A stretch of DNA of 64,000 nucleotides from the human T2T-CHM13v2.0 reference genome, Homo sapiens, in assembly GCF_009914755.1 (NCBI RefSeq), contig NC_060943.1; one strand, written 5' to 3'. Both the position numbers and the translations under genes were made by a program. Under the pieces are notes generated by a model. It was not told the origin of the DNA and made no database searches. It saw only the letters and a list, made by a program, of their open reading frames with translations. The first letter of the stretch is position 1; each line of letters begins with the position of its first letter. Positions 16,301 to 46,007 of this stretch are shown in pieces.

Positions 16301-18295
16301 TGACATACCTCTGTGACCAACACCTATGGGTAGGAAAACTTCCACCCAGACTCAGCCCAAGGGGCCCTCATCACTTTTTTAAAAGATATGTGACTTGAAA
16401 AATGTGACTGTCTTCTGCTTATACCCTGCCCTCAGGGAAGATTGTGGCATATTACTGAACTAAGCAACCTAGTGATGTGTCTCTTCTGACTGGGGTTTGC
16501 CCACAGAGACAATTGTGACATATCACTGGGCCCTAGGTGATGTGACTCTGCTGCCTGTTCCCAACATTCAAGAGAGGATTGTAAATCTTCCTGGCCAAGA
16601 ATTCAGGAGATTTGACTCTCCTTTCTTGTCCCTGCCCTCAAAGAAGATTATGACGTATCTTCAGCCCCAAACCCAGGTAATGTGACTTCCCTGTTTACTC
16701 TCTCTTCAGGGGAGAAATTATTACATATATCCTGGCCCAGCTCACAGGTGTGATGACAGTTCTCATACCTCAAACAAGTCAGTAGAAGCGATACTGTTTC
16801 TTATAGCTAGGCTTAGGAAAACTTATAAAATACCTGTGTCTCCTCTTTATATGACGGTCATAGAGAACTACCATGCACTTGTATATGGTATAAAGCTCTT
16901 GAGTGGTACAGAGAGTGTTCACATGTCCCAAAACAAAAGGGATATTGTGTTTCTTGTATACACACCCAGACACCTGTTAGGATTGTCACCCTAACACCTG
17001 GAAACAGCCCATTGGTGAGGTCTTGTGTCTCACATGCAGATGCAATCCACAGTTTGATTCCTGACTGTCAAATGTAAACACCTGTCCAAAGTTGGGATGG
17101 TGACTCATTTCTAGACCCAGCTCATAGACAAGTGAGGACTCTTCTGTCTGGGCCCAATTAATTTGAGAAATATTAACTTTTCTACCTGGGCCTAGGGAGC
17201 AGCATAAAGGTCTCAGGGAAAATTGTGACTCTCATTCCTAGTCTACGATGATCTTGGGTAGTATTAAATGTCCTAACGGGGTTCAGCGCACAGGTGAGAT
17301 TGTGACAGTGATATCCACACCCAACTGACAGTAAAACTTGCCATCTTTCCTCATGGATACAGCCCACTGTTGAGGTGTTGAATCTCATAACCAAAGGCAG
17401 TTGAAAATTAAAACATTGTCTCTCATTGGTAGACCCAGTCCACAGGGGGGTTGGTGACTCTCAGACCAAAATTCAGCACAGTTATGAGGCCATCACTCCA
17501 CTAAGAAAACGGAATTCATAGAAAAAATTGAGACGCTCATGCACAAATCCAGCCCACCACTGAGATTGTGACTCATTTGCTTAGACCCAAAATATAGGAA
17601 GCGTTGACTCTTATACCTAGAATTGGGACATGTGTAAGATTGTTCATCTTTTCCTCAGACTTTCCTGCAGGAGTGATGCTGACATGTTCCTCTATTTGGC
17701 ATCTGAGTGATATGACTCTTGCCATGGTCTAGCCCACAGATGGAATTGTGATGGGTTGCTCTACCCAGCACCTAGGTGATGTGACTCCATTTTTCTGCCT
17801 CGGCACTGTCCACAAAAGGTATTTTGACATATCTCTGGGGTATATACCCAGGTTACATGACTCTCCTGCCTGTGCCCTTTTCACATATTATCATAAAATA
17901 TTGCTGGGTCCAACACCCAGGTGATGTAACTCTCATGCCTAGGACCTGCCAACAGGGGGAATTGTGACAAATCTCTGTGCCAATAACCCAGGTTATGTGA
18001 CTCTCTTTTTTTGCCTGGTCCCTGCTCACAGGGGGCATTATGACATATTGCTGAACTCAGCACCTAACTGATGTGATTCTCCTTTCTAGTTTTTGTCCAC
18101 AGGGGAGATTGTGACATATCACTGGGCCTCAAACTAAGGTGACGTTACACTTTCATTTTTGAACTGTACTCAGAAGGCATTGTGATATATTCCTGGGAAC
18201 AGCACCAAGGTTATGTGAGTCTCCTGCCTGCACTTTGCCCACAAAGGGCATTGTAACATATATTTAGACCTATCAACTATTCGATGTGACTTCTT
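13340..18295 (-). repeat. Diverged beta-satellite (Sau3A, 68-bp family; ~70-bp units here) with higher-order spacers
   Basis: Repeated CAGCACC(C/T)AGGTGATGTGACTCTCCT...CCCACAGGGG.ATTGTGACATAT is the reverse complement of the beta-satellite consensus as recalled. Beta-satellite blocks between ZNF genes are an established 19p12 feature. Confidence 0.85.
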
Positions 18296-18317
18296 TTCTT
18301 AACGTGTAAGCAAGTTG

Positions 18318-20509
18318 CCCCAACCATGGAGGGGGTCGCGGTGGTGACGGCGGGCAGCGTAAGCGCTGCCAAAGCCGAGGGAGCTGCAGCCTTGCCGCCT
18401 CCGCCTCCTGTCTCCCCGCCCGCCCTCACCCTCGCACCCGCAGCGGGTGAGGAGGGACCGGCGCCTCTGTCTGAGACTGGGGCTCCCGGCTGCTCCGGCT
18501 CCCGGCCCCCTGAGCTGGAGCCAGAGCGCAGCCTGGGCCGCTTCAGAGGCCGCTTCGAGGATAAGGACGAGCAGTTGGAAGAAGAAGAGGAGCTAGAGGA
18601 GGAAGAAGAGGAGGAGGAGGAGGAGGACATGAGTCACTTCTCGTTGAGGCTGGAGGGAGGCCGGCAAGACTCGGAGGACGAGGAGGAGCGCCTGATTAAT
18701 CTCTCTGAGCTGACCCCATATATCTTGTGTTCCATTTGCAAAGGTTACTTAATAGATGCAACTACCATCACAGAATATCTTTATACCTTTTGTAAAAGCT
18801 GCGTCGTAAGACATTTTTACTACAGCAACAGATGTCCAAAATGCAATATAGCAGTACATCAGACACAACCTCTTTATAAGGTTGGACCGACAGTTACAAG
18901 ACATAGTGTACAAATTAGTGATCAATCTAGAGGAAAGAGAAAAAAAGCAAATGCATGATTTCTATCAAGAAAGAGGTCTAGAAGTACCTAAACCTGCTGT
19001 TCCACAGCCAGTCCCTTCAAGCAAAGGAAGATCTAAAAAAATCCGAGAATCAGTGTTTCCTATTCCACCTGAACTTGATATGTCTTTATTACTGGAGTTC
19101 ATTGGTGCTAATGAAGGCACGGGACATTTTAAGCCATTGGAAAAGAAGTTTGTTCGAGTTTCAGGAGAAGCAACTATTGGACATGTAGAAAAATTCTTCA
19201 GAAGAAAAATGGGTCTTGATCCAGCTTGTCAGGTAGATATCATCTGTGGTGATCACCTGTTGGAGCAGTATCAAACTCTAAGGGAAATCCGACGTGCAAT
19301 AGGTGATGCAGCAATGCAGGATGGTCTGCTTGTCCTTCATTATGGTCTTGTAGTTTCTCCTCTGAAGATAACTTGAAGATTCTAGGCACATTATGAGGAG
19401 GGAAACAAAGGAGGCTTCTGCAGGACTGCATCTCACCAAAGATTTCCATGAAATGTAATTGCTACCACTTTGCTGTTCAAGACATAACTTACCTATTTTT
19501 AGCACCAAGAATTATAGCATTTATAAGTACAACTTGGAACGATGGAATGCATCTGTTACTAGAGACTGTATATAAAAAGCAGCGAAAGCTCAGGGGAAAT
19601 TTTTCAAAAATTGAATTTTAAAATTTCTTATGATTTTAAATACCTTGACATTGATTTTGCTTCCCATCTTTGAAGTAATTGGTTAGTTTTCTTTGTTCAG
19701 CCATTTCAAGTTGGTGGTTGGGATATCTGCTCTCTGGGATGGCATCAGTTGGGCAGTCATCCTTTTGGAAGAGAAGTGTGCTTTTGAATGGAAGATCCAA
19801 AGCCAGTCTTTGTTAAACTGCAGGGCGTACTCTCAAAGACCAAAACTATTGGCCACTTTTGTATGTTGCCAGCATATTTTGAACTTGTATCTTTTTTTAT
19901 ACTAGCAACACTACAAAGGAGAAGTTACTCATTTCAAAATGGATGAATTGTTATTATGTGTGAAGAGACTCTGAGTTTATGGTCTGTGCCATAAACTTTC
20001 AGTGTAATAAGACTTCTTCAATACATCTTCCAATAAGGGGTGCTTCTTTGTGACAGTATTTTTATTTCTGACATTCATTTTATTTGGGTACATAGTGTGG
20101 TTGTTGATACCTTGCAAAAGTATTGCTTCTGAAAGTAATAAAAAATTTTAGGAGAATTTGAGAAGTTTACAGAATTACTTATTCATTGTTTTCTTGGTAA
20201 GTCAGTTTAATGTTTATTTTTCTCATTATTTCATCACTGGAATAAAGAATAAGGGTGTTTGAGCTCACCTCCATGCAAAGACTTCAGTTTTAAAACATTA
20301 TTTTGCCTAAAATTAGCATTGTGATGCTCTCTAAAAGAAATATTTTATAAACCCTGTTCACAGCAGAATTTCTGAATCTGTATAGAGACTACTACAAAAT
20401 TGGACAAAGATTGGCAATTCTTTGTAAAGAATTTGTGAACTGTGTATAAATTTATTCTAACATTTAATAAAAATGTATTTAAACCTAAAAAAAGAAAAGA
20501 AAAGAAAAA
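18318..20509 (+). pseudogene. PCGF7P: Processed pseudogene of PCGF6 (polycomb group RING finger 6)
   Basis: Intronless [11 protein letters not shown]...RING...RAWUL...SPLKIT* (18326-19376) with a frameshift near 18880. RING ligands changed (TECLHT to TEYLYT). Full 3' UTR, AATAAA at 20466, A tail at 20487-20509. Confidence 0.92.
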
Positions 20510-20559
20510 CTGAAAACTCGATTGGGTCAGATATGTCATTTCTATTCTATACTTTTTTT

Positions 20560-21493
20560 CTGGAAGTAGTTCCTTCCTCTCCTGATGCAGAGGGAGGCTG
20601 GCTGGGGGATCCTGGGCCCCTCTGTCCTCCCCGCGGTGGCAGTGGCTGATCTCTGCTCAGGTGTGAGGGGTGTGGCCATGTGCTGGGCTTGAGCCTGCCC
20701 GGCCCAGCCCCTCCTCACTTCCCTGGACTCTTCACGGTGTCCACAGGCCCTTACACAATCTTGAGCATCCCTCTGATGGAAGGGGAGGTGGCAGCAGAAA
20801 GCCAGTGGGAGAAACTGGCCCCACAGGTCAAGGAGGGCTTGCCCAGCTGTGGGAAATGCTTTGGTTGACCTCGGATTTCTGTGCGCCAAGCTGAGCCCCA
20901 ATCCTGGCTTTGAGTCCAGGTGTCCTCGGGCTGGGCGACCTTGGCCGTGGGCGCTCTGGCTGCTGCGGTGGTTCCTGCTGTGCTCGGCTGGATCACAACT
21001 GGAACTGGTGCCCTCCAGAAGTGAAGGAGGTGCCCCGCAGGTGGGAGGAGGCAGTAGCCATGGTCCCTGTAAACCAGGCCTTGCTGACAAATCTCAGATG
21101 CCAAGAACAGAAGAACGGAGAGCTTCTGCCAAATGAACAAACTGTTGGAGCGACTGAGTGTGAAGCTGCCCAAACTCCTCAAAGTGGAGCAGTGAAGCAA
21201 ACACCAGAGAAGGACAAGAAAAATGAAAGTCAAAGAAAATGAGCAGAAACCAAAGGCAGATGCTAATGCAGTGCAAAGCAGTTCACACCATGATAGAAAG
21301 AGTTGATGAGTCTCGGAAACTAATCTTAGTGACAGAGTGAAAGGACAGCAGTGAACATGGTAAGGTGCTGACGATTCTGGTCCACTGGATCCCACCATCC
21401 CTAGGACAGTAAATACCATCACAGTCACCACACAGCGAGTTACAACTGCACCATTTCCTGTTTATTCCTAAATGAATAAAGGTGATTCTCATC
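20560..21493 (+). pseudogene. Processed pseudogene of MTDH (metadherin/AEG-1/LYRIC), 5' UTR plus N-terminal ~40% of CDS, heavily decayed
   Basis: Start codon now GTG at 20788. Broken frames give VAAESQWEKLAPQVKEG, LAQLWEML, DLGFL, TVGATECEAAQTPQS..KQTPEKDKKNE and DSGPLDPTIPRTVNTITVTT..KGDSH, collinear with the recalled MTDH N-terminus and without introns. The MTDHP number cannot be assigned from sequence. Confidence 0.85.
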
Positions 21494-23350
21494 ACAAGTG
21501 CAAATAAAAAGTTATTTATCTTTTTTTTAAACTAAAGTGTCTTGCTTTAGCTTTTTTTTTTTTTTTTAGTTCTTATAATTTTGAAAATGAAGTTGACATT
21601 TGTATGGCTTATGAAATTTTCAATAGTCTTGCATTAGTTGAATTGTTCAAAGTAAATATATTTTAAACTAAGAAGAGTAAACTGTGTGTATTTGTTTTAC
21701 ATAGTAAAGGCTGAAAGTAACAAATATTATCTGTTTATGATTTGAAAATTTCAAAGTTTGATTATTTATCCATACATACACAGAATAGTGTATCGTGCTG
21801 AAACATTTGTGTTTTAAAGTGGCAGCCATAGTTCCTGCCTGTCTGGATATATTTTGGACTTTTGTATGTTAAATACAACGTAAAAAGACTTTATTGTGCT
21901 TTAGAAAATCTAAGGTTGGTATACACAAACAAACTTTACAAATTACTGTAGGGTTCAGCAAACTGTGTTTATAATGTGACATTAATACCTCTACATTTTG
22001 ATGTGTAAATCTTTCTTGAGAAAAGATTGTTTTTTAAAAAAATGGCTACAAATTCAGGCTTCAGTTATAAAATGACAAAATAGTAAAGAAATGAGTGGTT
22101 TGCCATACTATATGAATACTGGCATTCAATTAAAATACCAAATATGTTAATGAAAAACTTTTAGACAATAGATTTAAATAATTTCTTGATATTTTACTAC
22201 AGTAATAAATATTCACAAATATTTTATAAGTCATATCTATTAGTACTAGGTTTTACTTAATAGTAGTATATATATAAGATCAAAAATCTGTTAAAAATAG
22301 ATATGCTTATCAATAATTTGGTGTTTCTAAATACCCAGAAGTCTTGTTTTAATCAGATTAGCTCTGGGGATAGTTTACTAATTTCATTTTATATATGGTG
22401 TGTTCAAAGTTTTGTAGTTAAACCTAATATTGATTGATGATGGGTAAACAAATCTTTTTTTGCTAATTCCATAGGTTTATTAAATTGTTGAAGATGTTGT
22501 TAATTAAAAAATTCCAACTTTCAATGTTGTTTACAGGGATTTAGGTCTAGTTTAATCTGCTCAACCTGTTAATCAGTGTCAGGTGCCGGATTCCAATTTA
22601 TTTTCAGTGCGTTTGTATGACTTTTGTTTTTTTTTCTTTCTTTTTTTCAGACAGAGTCTCGCACTCTCATCTGGGCTGGAATGCAATGGTGCAATCTTGG
22701 CTCACTGCAACCTCCACCTCCTGGGTTCATGCAATTCTCCTGCCTCAGGCTCCCCAGTAGCTGGGATTACAGGTGCACACCACCACACCCAGCTAATTTT
22801 TTGTATTTTTAGTAGAGATGGGGTTTCACTATGTTGGCCAGACTGGTCTCAAAATCCTGACCTTGTGATCTACCCCCTTCAGCCTCCCAAAGTGCTGGGA
22901 TTACAGGTGTGAACCACCACACCTGGCCAACTTTTCTTTCTTTAGTCTTTGAATAAAACGTCTATTAACAAAGACAAATTTCTACACATTTATCAAGTTC
23001 CTTTTAGTAACTCAAAAGGTAATATATCCAAAATTCTCATGTTATTGTCTGAGAAAACAGATTCTACTGTTACCAAAAAATCAACTGGAAGGCATTTTTA
23101 TAACCTTGCACCACATAAGAAAAAAACTGTAATGCAGTAGTAATAAGTGAAGATACATCAAATGAAAAATGGTAATTGAGAAAGTCACTTTCAATGTTTG
23201 AGTATTTGGACTTTTTGTTTAAAAAAATTGTAGTAAAATAGAGCTTTTGGTAAGCTTTCTATAGATTAACATTATCATAAATTAGGAAAAAAACCTTTAA
23301 ATTGTAAATAAACAAACAAAAAAACAACAACAAAAAACAACAACAAAAAA
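21494..23350 (+). other. AT-rich 3' UTR-like segment ending in AATAAA and an A-rich tail; probable 3' UTR part of the MTDH retrocopy
   Basis: AATAAA near 23307 followed by (A/AAC)-rich tail to 23350. Identity with the MTDH 3' UTR is inferred, not verified. Confidence 0.45.
22623..22928 (-). mobile_element. AluS-type element
   Basis: Full antisense Alu. Confidence 0.9.
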
Positions 23351-23699
23351 CTAAGATCCAGGACTGCATACATATTGATCCTTATTTTGGGAGATTATGA
23401 AACAGACCATTGCATGAACTTTATATAGATACCTTGCCACATGGGCATACTAATAAAAATCATTATATTTAATTTGAATGAACATGTCCACATCTTAAAA
23501 ATACTGCTTTGTACTATGAATGATAAATGTAAAAGTTTTTATACACAAGAGGATCCTGATTCTTAACTGAACATATATGGCAACCCATTTCTATGTTTCT
23601 TCTGAACTGAAGCCTGATTAAGGCTTAAATGTGGAATGAGAGGGACTCAATAACAGGACATGTGGAACAAAAACAAAAAAATGAGATAGGTTGGTCATT

Positions 23700-34890
<11,191 letters not shown>

Positions 34891-35887
34891 AAAATTTGTA
34901 AAAATCTCACTTCATGTTTAAACTGGTTAAGATTAAATAGAATTATCTATAAGGTTTCATTAAAATTGGGGTTAACATTAATAGTAAACTAATGCAAGGG
35001 GAAAATTTGGCTTTTTCTTTTTAACAGGATTTTTATGTAGTAGTAAGGGCCAATAAAAGATTTTTGCTTTTTCAAATTTTTAATTCTTCATGTTGGCAAA
35101 ACAAATAGCTTATGGTAATCTAAAATTCTATTCCTTAAGATTAACTGTTTTAGACCTCTAACATATTTAAGAAGGTCCCCAAAATCAAACTTCAGTCTCA
35201 AAGGTTGTCTTTCCTGATGCATGGCTTTTTGGTGCTACAAAGAGCCCCTAAAGCATTCAAAAGAAAGGCAAACAGAATTATTGAACATGTTTAGGTACAT
35301 GGGATTGTCAAAATGATGTCTTTTTTTTCAGTTTATATTTAAGTATATAATATTGACATATGTTCCAAAACTATATGGGGTGTCTAAGGTTCTAATGTCT
35401 AAATATGTGCTACCAATCAAAATTAAGGTTGTTATGTTGGGTTATTGTAAACTACAAAGATAACCAAATTTTTTTGTCAGTCGTGTTTCTAACTGTAACC
35501 CTGGATATTTTGTCATTGGCAGACAATTTTCTTGTTTTAATCCTCTTAAAAATGGTTTATAATCAGCTGTGGGACTTTAACAGGTGCTCTCAAATGCAGA
35601 TTTCTGATAACAGATAAAAGTACAGAACTCATAAAAAGCTAAAATGTTTATGGATATCAAGCAGAACAAAGTTAATAGAATGGATTTAGCTAATGGAAAA
35701 CTAAAGCAATGCTTTTAACTTTTGCTTAAAGCATTGCTAATTCTTATTTTGTTTTTCAGAGTCAGAAAAACTTTCTTAAAAGTTTTAAACCACTGAGCAA
35801 GGTATACTGCTTAAACATAATTTGGACCTTGTCTGTTTCTTTTTGCCTGGTTCTGCTAAAAATAAAAAACTATTTATAAGTATTCTT
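34891..35887 (+). mobile_element. ERV1 internal region, middle segment (loop between the two L1s)
   Basis: Continues the ERV across both TSDs; same AT-rich non-coding style as 27900-28749 and 42046-43300. Confidence 0.7.
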
Positions 35888-42045
<6,158 letters not shown>

Positions 42046-43536
42046 AACTAGTTGTAAGTATTCTTAACTTGCAACAATATAGTTGTTTGCATCAATGAAA
42101 CAAAAATCCTTTTTCTATTTTTTCTTTCTTTTGAAACATAGTCTCGCTCTGTCTGTGGCTGGCATGCAGTGGCAAAATCTTAGTTCACTGCAACCTCTGC
42201 CTCCCAGGTTCAAGTGACTCTCCCACCTCAGCCTCCTGAGTAGCCAGTACTACAGGTGTGCACCACCACGGCCAGCTAACTTTTGTATTTTTAGTAGATA
42301 TGGGGTTTCACAATGTTGGCCAAGGTGGTCTTGATCTCTTGATCTGCCCACCTCAGGCTACCAAAGTGCTGTGATTACAGGCATGAGCCACCGTGCCCAG
42401 CTGAAAAATCCATTTTCTTATGCAGTGAAACACAATAGAAAAATGCTAGTTCTTTAGCAAGGCTTTAACTGGAAGGGTGTGTTTTCCTTTAAGAAATCAA
42501 GTTTAAGTTGCAAAGCCAGTAACAGCCTCTTGGGAAAGCTGGTCTCATACCTGTAGTCTACACAGTTCTCATACAGAATTCCTGGCCTGTGGTGAGTAAA
42601 AAAATGTCTCTTTCTAACAGACTCAGAAACACTATGATCTTGGGACCTCAAAAATACAGGAATTTACCCAATTCACAAATATTTAAGGGTACAAATCCAT
42701 GGCTTAGCCCAGCTTTAGAAAGTCCTATCTAAGATTTCTTTTGGAACAGAGTTCCATCAAAGCTTATGAAAAAGGCCTATGGAGAGATAGTTACTCTTGC
42801 TGCACTATGTTCAAATAGGCCAAGTATAATAATAAAGTCTATTTTGCAAACAATTCAGTCTATTGTGAGTTGTTTTTAACTAAAGAAAATCTAAAAACAA
42901 AATCATGTTTCAAAGCTTACCATACATTTCTCATGAACTTCTAGTCTCATTGATTGTTTTAGAGTTTTTGATGACGTTTTAAACTAACCCTGCTTATTCC
43001 TGTAAGCCAACCAGCAATCTCTGCCTGCAGCTCAGAAAACAGAAAGGGAAGGGTAATGTAAAAATCTAAATCAATATGCTAGTTCTGAGCAATTATTCTG
43101 TAAATCCAGCTGGAAATAAATAAGGTGCCAATAACCCAGAGGTTTCTTTTATCAGAAAGTAAAATCAAAGGAGCTAACCAAAGCCAAGCCTCATGCACCC
43201 AAATCTTAGCAAACATAACTATAGCTACCAGGTATCAGGGTGTGTCAACAGCCTCAACATTTTTAGGCTTTTCCTACCCCCCTTAATTCATTTCAATGCC
43301 TCTCCTCTACTAAACCAGATTGTTTCTTTTTGCCTTAAAAACTATCAAGCTCTAAGTGGTAATGCAAATGGAATGACGCATAAACACATGTTTCTTCTGA
43401 GGACAATTAAACTAGCCATGGAAGAAGTCCTAGCTGCTGTTTTCTACACAGCACCCCTTTCCAGCGAGGAATAGCCAAAAATATCAATGCCTCTTCTCCC
43501 TAACAGCAGTTAGGGTCTCCACTCCTGAGGAGGAAC
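42046..43536 (+). mobile_element. ERV1 internal region, 3' part with env tail remnant and polypurine tract
   Basis: TM-tail-like ACTATCAAGCTC..GTGGTAATGCAAATGGAA (TIKL.VVMQME) at ~43340; GAGGAGGAAC immediately before the LTR TG. Confidence 0.7.
42113..42402 (-). mobile_element. AluS-type element
   Basis: Antisense Alu; TSD AAAATCC(T/A)TTTT. Confidence 0.88.
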
Positions 43537-43630
43537 TGAGAGGGATTAGCTAGCTAGCCTAAGGTAGACAGCAAGGGAAGGGTCCCTGGAGAGCACCCAA
43601 CCCATGGGTCAGTGCATCATAACTACATAT
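43537..43630 (+). mobile_element. Start of 3' LTR (LTR25-like), truncated after ~90 bp
   Basis: TGAGAGGGATTAGCTAGC..AGGTAGACAGCAAGGGAAGGGTCCC follows the polypurine tract; family name from memory. Confidence 0.6.
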
Positions 43631-43636
43631 CCACCA

Positions 43637-43790
43637 AGCCCAGCATAATGGCACACACCTGTAATCCTAGTGACTCAGGAGGCTGAGGCATGAGAATTGC
43701 TTGAACCTGGGAGGTGGAGGGTGCAGTGAGATCACACCATTACACTCCAGCCTGGGCAACAGAGCAAGACTCAGTCTTAAGAAAAAAAAA
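43637..43790 (+). mobile_element. Alu right-arm fragment
   Basis: GGCACACACCTGTAATCC...GCAACAGAGCAAGACTC plus A tail. Confidence 0.85.
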
Positions 43791-45224
43791 ACTCATCTTT
43801 CACCAATATTTTAATCGTTTTATGTCTGCACACTTAAGCATCAAGGACAGGGTCCTGGATGATGATAAGTGCATATTTCAATTTATAAAGTAAAAAATGA
43901 CCATCAGAGTCTAATAAATGATGAATACAGCAACATCATACTTCATAAAATCATTCCAGGTATGTTTGACAAACAAGAAGGTTGCATAGGACCTTCTTGT
44001 GCTACTCATGTGAAGTGCTCTTCTCTCTCATGTTAATCTCAACTCCCAACCTTACAAATACCACATACTCACATATACAGAAAAAGAAAAATTAACTTAT
44101 TTTCATAGGAGGCTGTGATTCACATTTTATTCTATTACATCTTTTCCACATTGCTGTTACAATACTGTTGAAGTGCACCCTCTTTCACCAGAAGAATACT
44201 TTTGTGAACGTGAATAGACTGACACTGGAGAAGACCAGCTCAGCACACTCACTTGAATGATCCCTTTGCTTTTCAGGCAGTAAAAATCGGGGAGTGAAAA
44301 TAAAGTGACTGCGGATTAAGCAAAGAGTTATACATGGAAAAACATTTGTCAATTGTTTGAAGATTACATTGCATGGTCTACAACTTTTAAAATATAAAAT
44401 GCATAGCATAAATGTTGCACAAGAAAGTAGAATAAAAATGATGGAGTTGGCCACAAAGGATAGCTAAAGCTGTACTATAGCAATATAGAAAAATACATAT
44501 TTACTGTCAGAAGAAGGTAACTTGAAGTATTTGAAAGATGTTCTCTAAGAAACTAAAACTATTTTTAGTTTTAGATTCTGTAAAAAATGTTTCTTAAGCA
44601 TTTTTAATTTTCAAAAACATTTGAGTGCATTTTTGTCAGCTTAGTTTCTCTGAAGAATTTAAATATAATAAAGTAATACATATTAAAAATAACTTTTCTG
44701 GCAATAGAGCAGCTTAATTTTTAGATTAAAAAAGTAAAATTTTACACAATTTTATGCTGACCAATTTAATCAAAAGCTTCTTTCTTACAACTTGGAGAAA
44801 TGACACAAAGACTCAACTTTTATGTTGGGTGGGAGAGAAAATGATTACCAGGGGCTAGAAACTTGTTTCACTAATCAATGTTGATTTTTATTGCTATATT
44901 GTCTCAAATTATGTTAATAATAAAATAATGGCCTTGATCCAAAAAATTTTTTACAAACTTATTGCTTCAATCAGCCAAAATATTAACCAAAAGAAGGCAT
45001 AGAAATAGAGGTATTTAACAGTCATAATTTATAGTATAAAATTAAAATGTTTCTAGAAATAAAGAAAGATATATAAACAAATAAGAAAAGGAAAAAAAGT
45101 GGATTCCTCACAATAGGTAGGGTGTGAAATCAACATAAGGGTTCATCAACAGTTGAATGAATTTTAAAAAGTGGTATATTTACACAATGGAATGCTCTTT
45201 ATTCCTTAAAAAGAAAGAAGTCTT

Positions 45225-46007
45225 GGAGGTGGGCTCAGCAGTCTGTGTCTCAGCAAGCCTTGCAGAAATTCTGATGCACACTGAAGTTTGAGCGTCACTG
45301 GAATGGACAGTGTCCAAATGATTGCTGGGTCACCCCACCTATCCTGAATGTCAGGAACATCCCGAGTGAGACTAGTCAGTACATTGTAGCTCTTTCTCCA
45401 GCCACAACCAGAAAGTCTTTGCTTCCCCTTTGCCTTCCACCATGATTGTAAGTTTCCTGAAGCCTCTCCAGCTGTGCGAAACTAGAAAAAGATGCACACC
45501 CAAAAGCCCCATTTGAAGCTTCTAGACAGAAAGCCAAGCATTTGGAGAGTGTCTTTGGACAGTTTTAAACACAACTGTGGAAAAGAAAGCAGCCCTACTC
45601 AGTGTGAAGATGATGAGAATGAAGACCTTTATGATGATCTACTTCCACTTAATAAATAGTGACTTTAGAATCCTTAACACAGCACTCAGCTACCAATGCC
45701 AATGAATAAAATTTTGCATCACTGTTGAAATCTGTTCACCACTCCTTTTGTAGATGTTCTGAGTTGGGTACCAGAAGTCAATTATCTCATTATTAAGATG
45801 GCTTCTAAGGTGATTCATTTTTGTGACACATAATGAGTGTTAGTTGAGGTCTAGCTGTATGCTGAAAAATGCTGATGAAAAATGTTGTCTACAGAGAGGA
45901 TAGTCAACTTATATTAACTGTGAGTTATACTAGGAGCTATACTTAATTCATTTAGACTTTATTTGGTCAGCTTTTTTTATATTTCATAAAAAGAAGAAAG
46001 ATTAAAA
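45225..46007 (+). pseudogene. Candidate processed retrocopy of a spliced non-coding RNA made of exonised repeats (MER5A, MST/THE1, Tigger)
   Basis: TSD AAAGAAGTCTT at 45214-45224 and 46008-46018; A-rich tail 45988-46010; repeat fragments end at splice-site positions. Confidence 0.65.

Noticed and set aside
13340-18295. CRISPR-like repeat/spacer appearance
   Set aside because: Eukaryotic beta-satellite monomers; no unique spacers and no cas genes.
18277-18630. Antisense poly-Ser ORF
   Set aside because: Reverse complement of the PCGF6 Glu-rich GAG/GAA tract.
20542-21431. 182-aa and 226-aa minus-strand ORFs
   Set aside because: Antisense to the GC-rich MTDH pseudogene; no recognisable domain.
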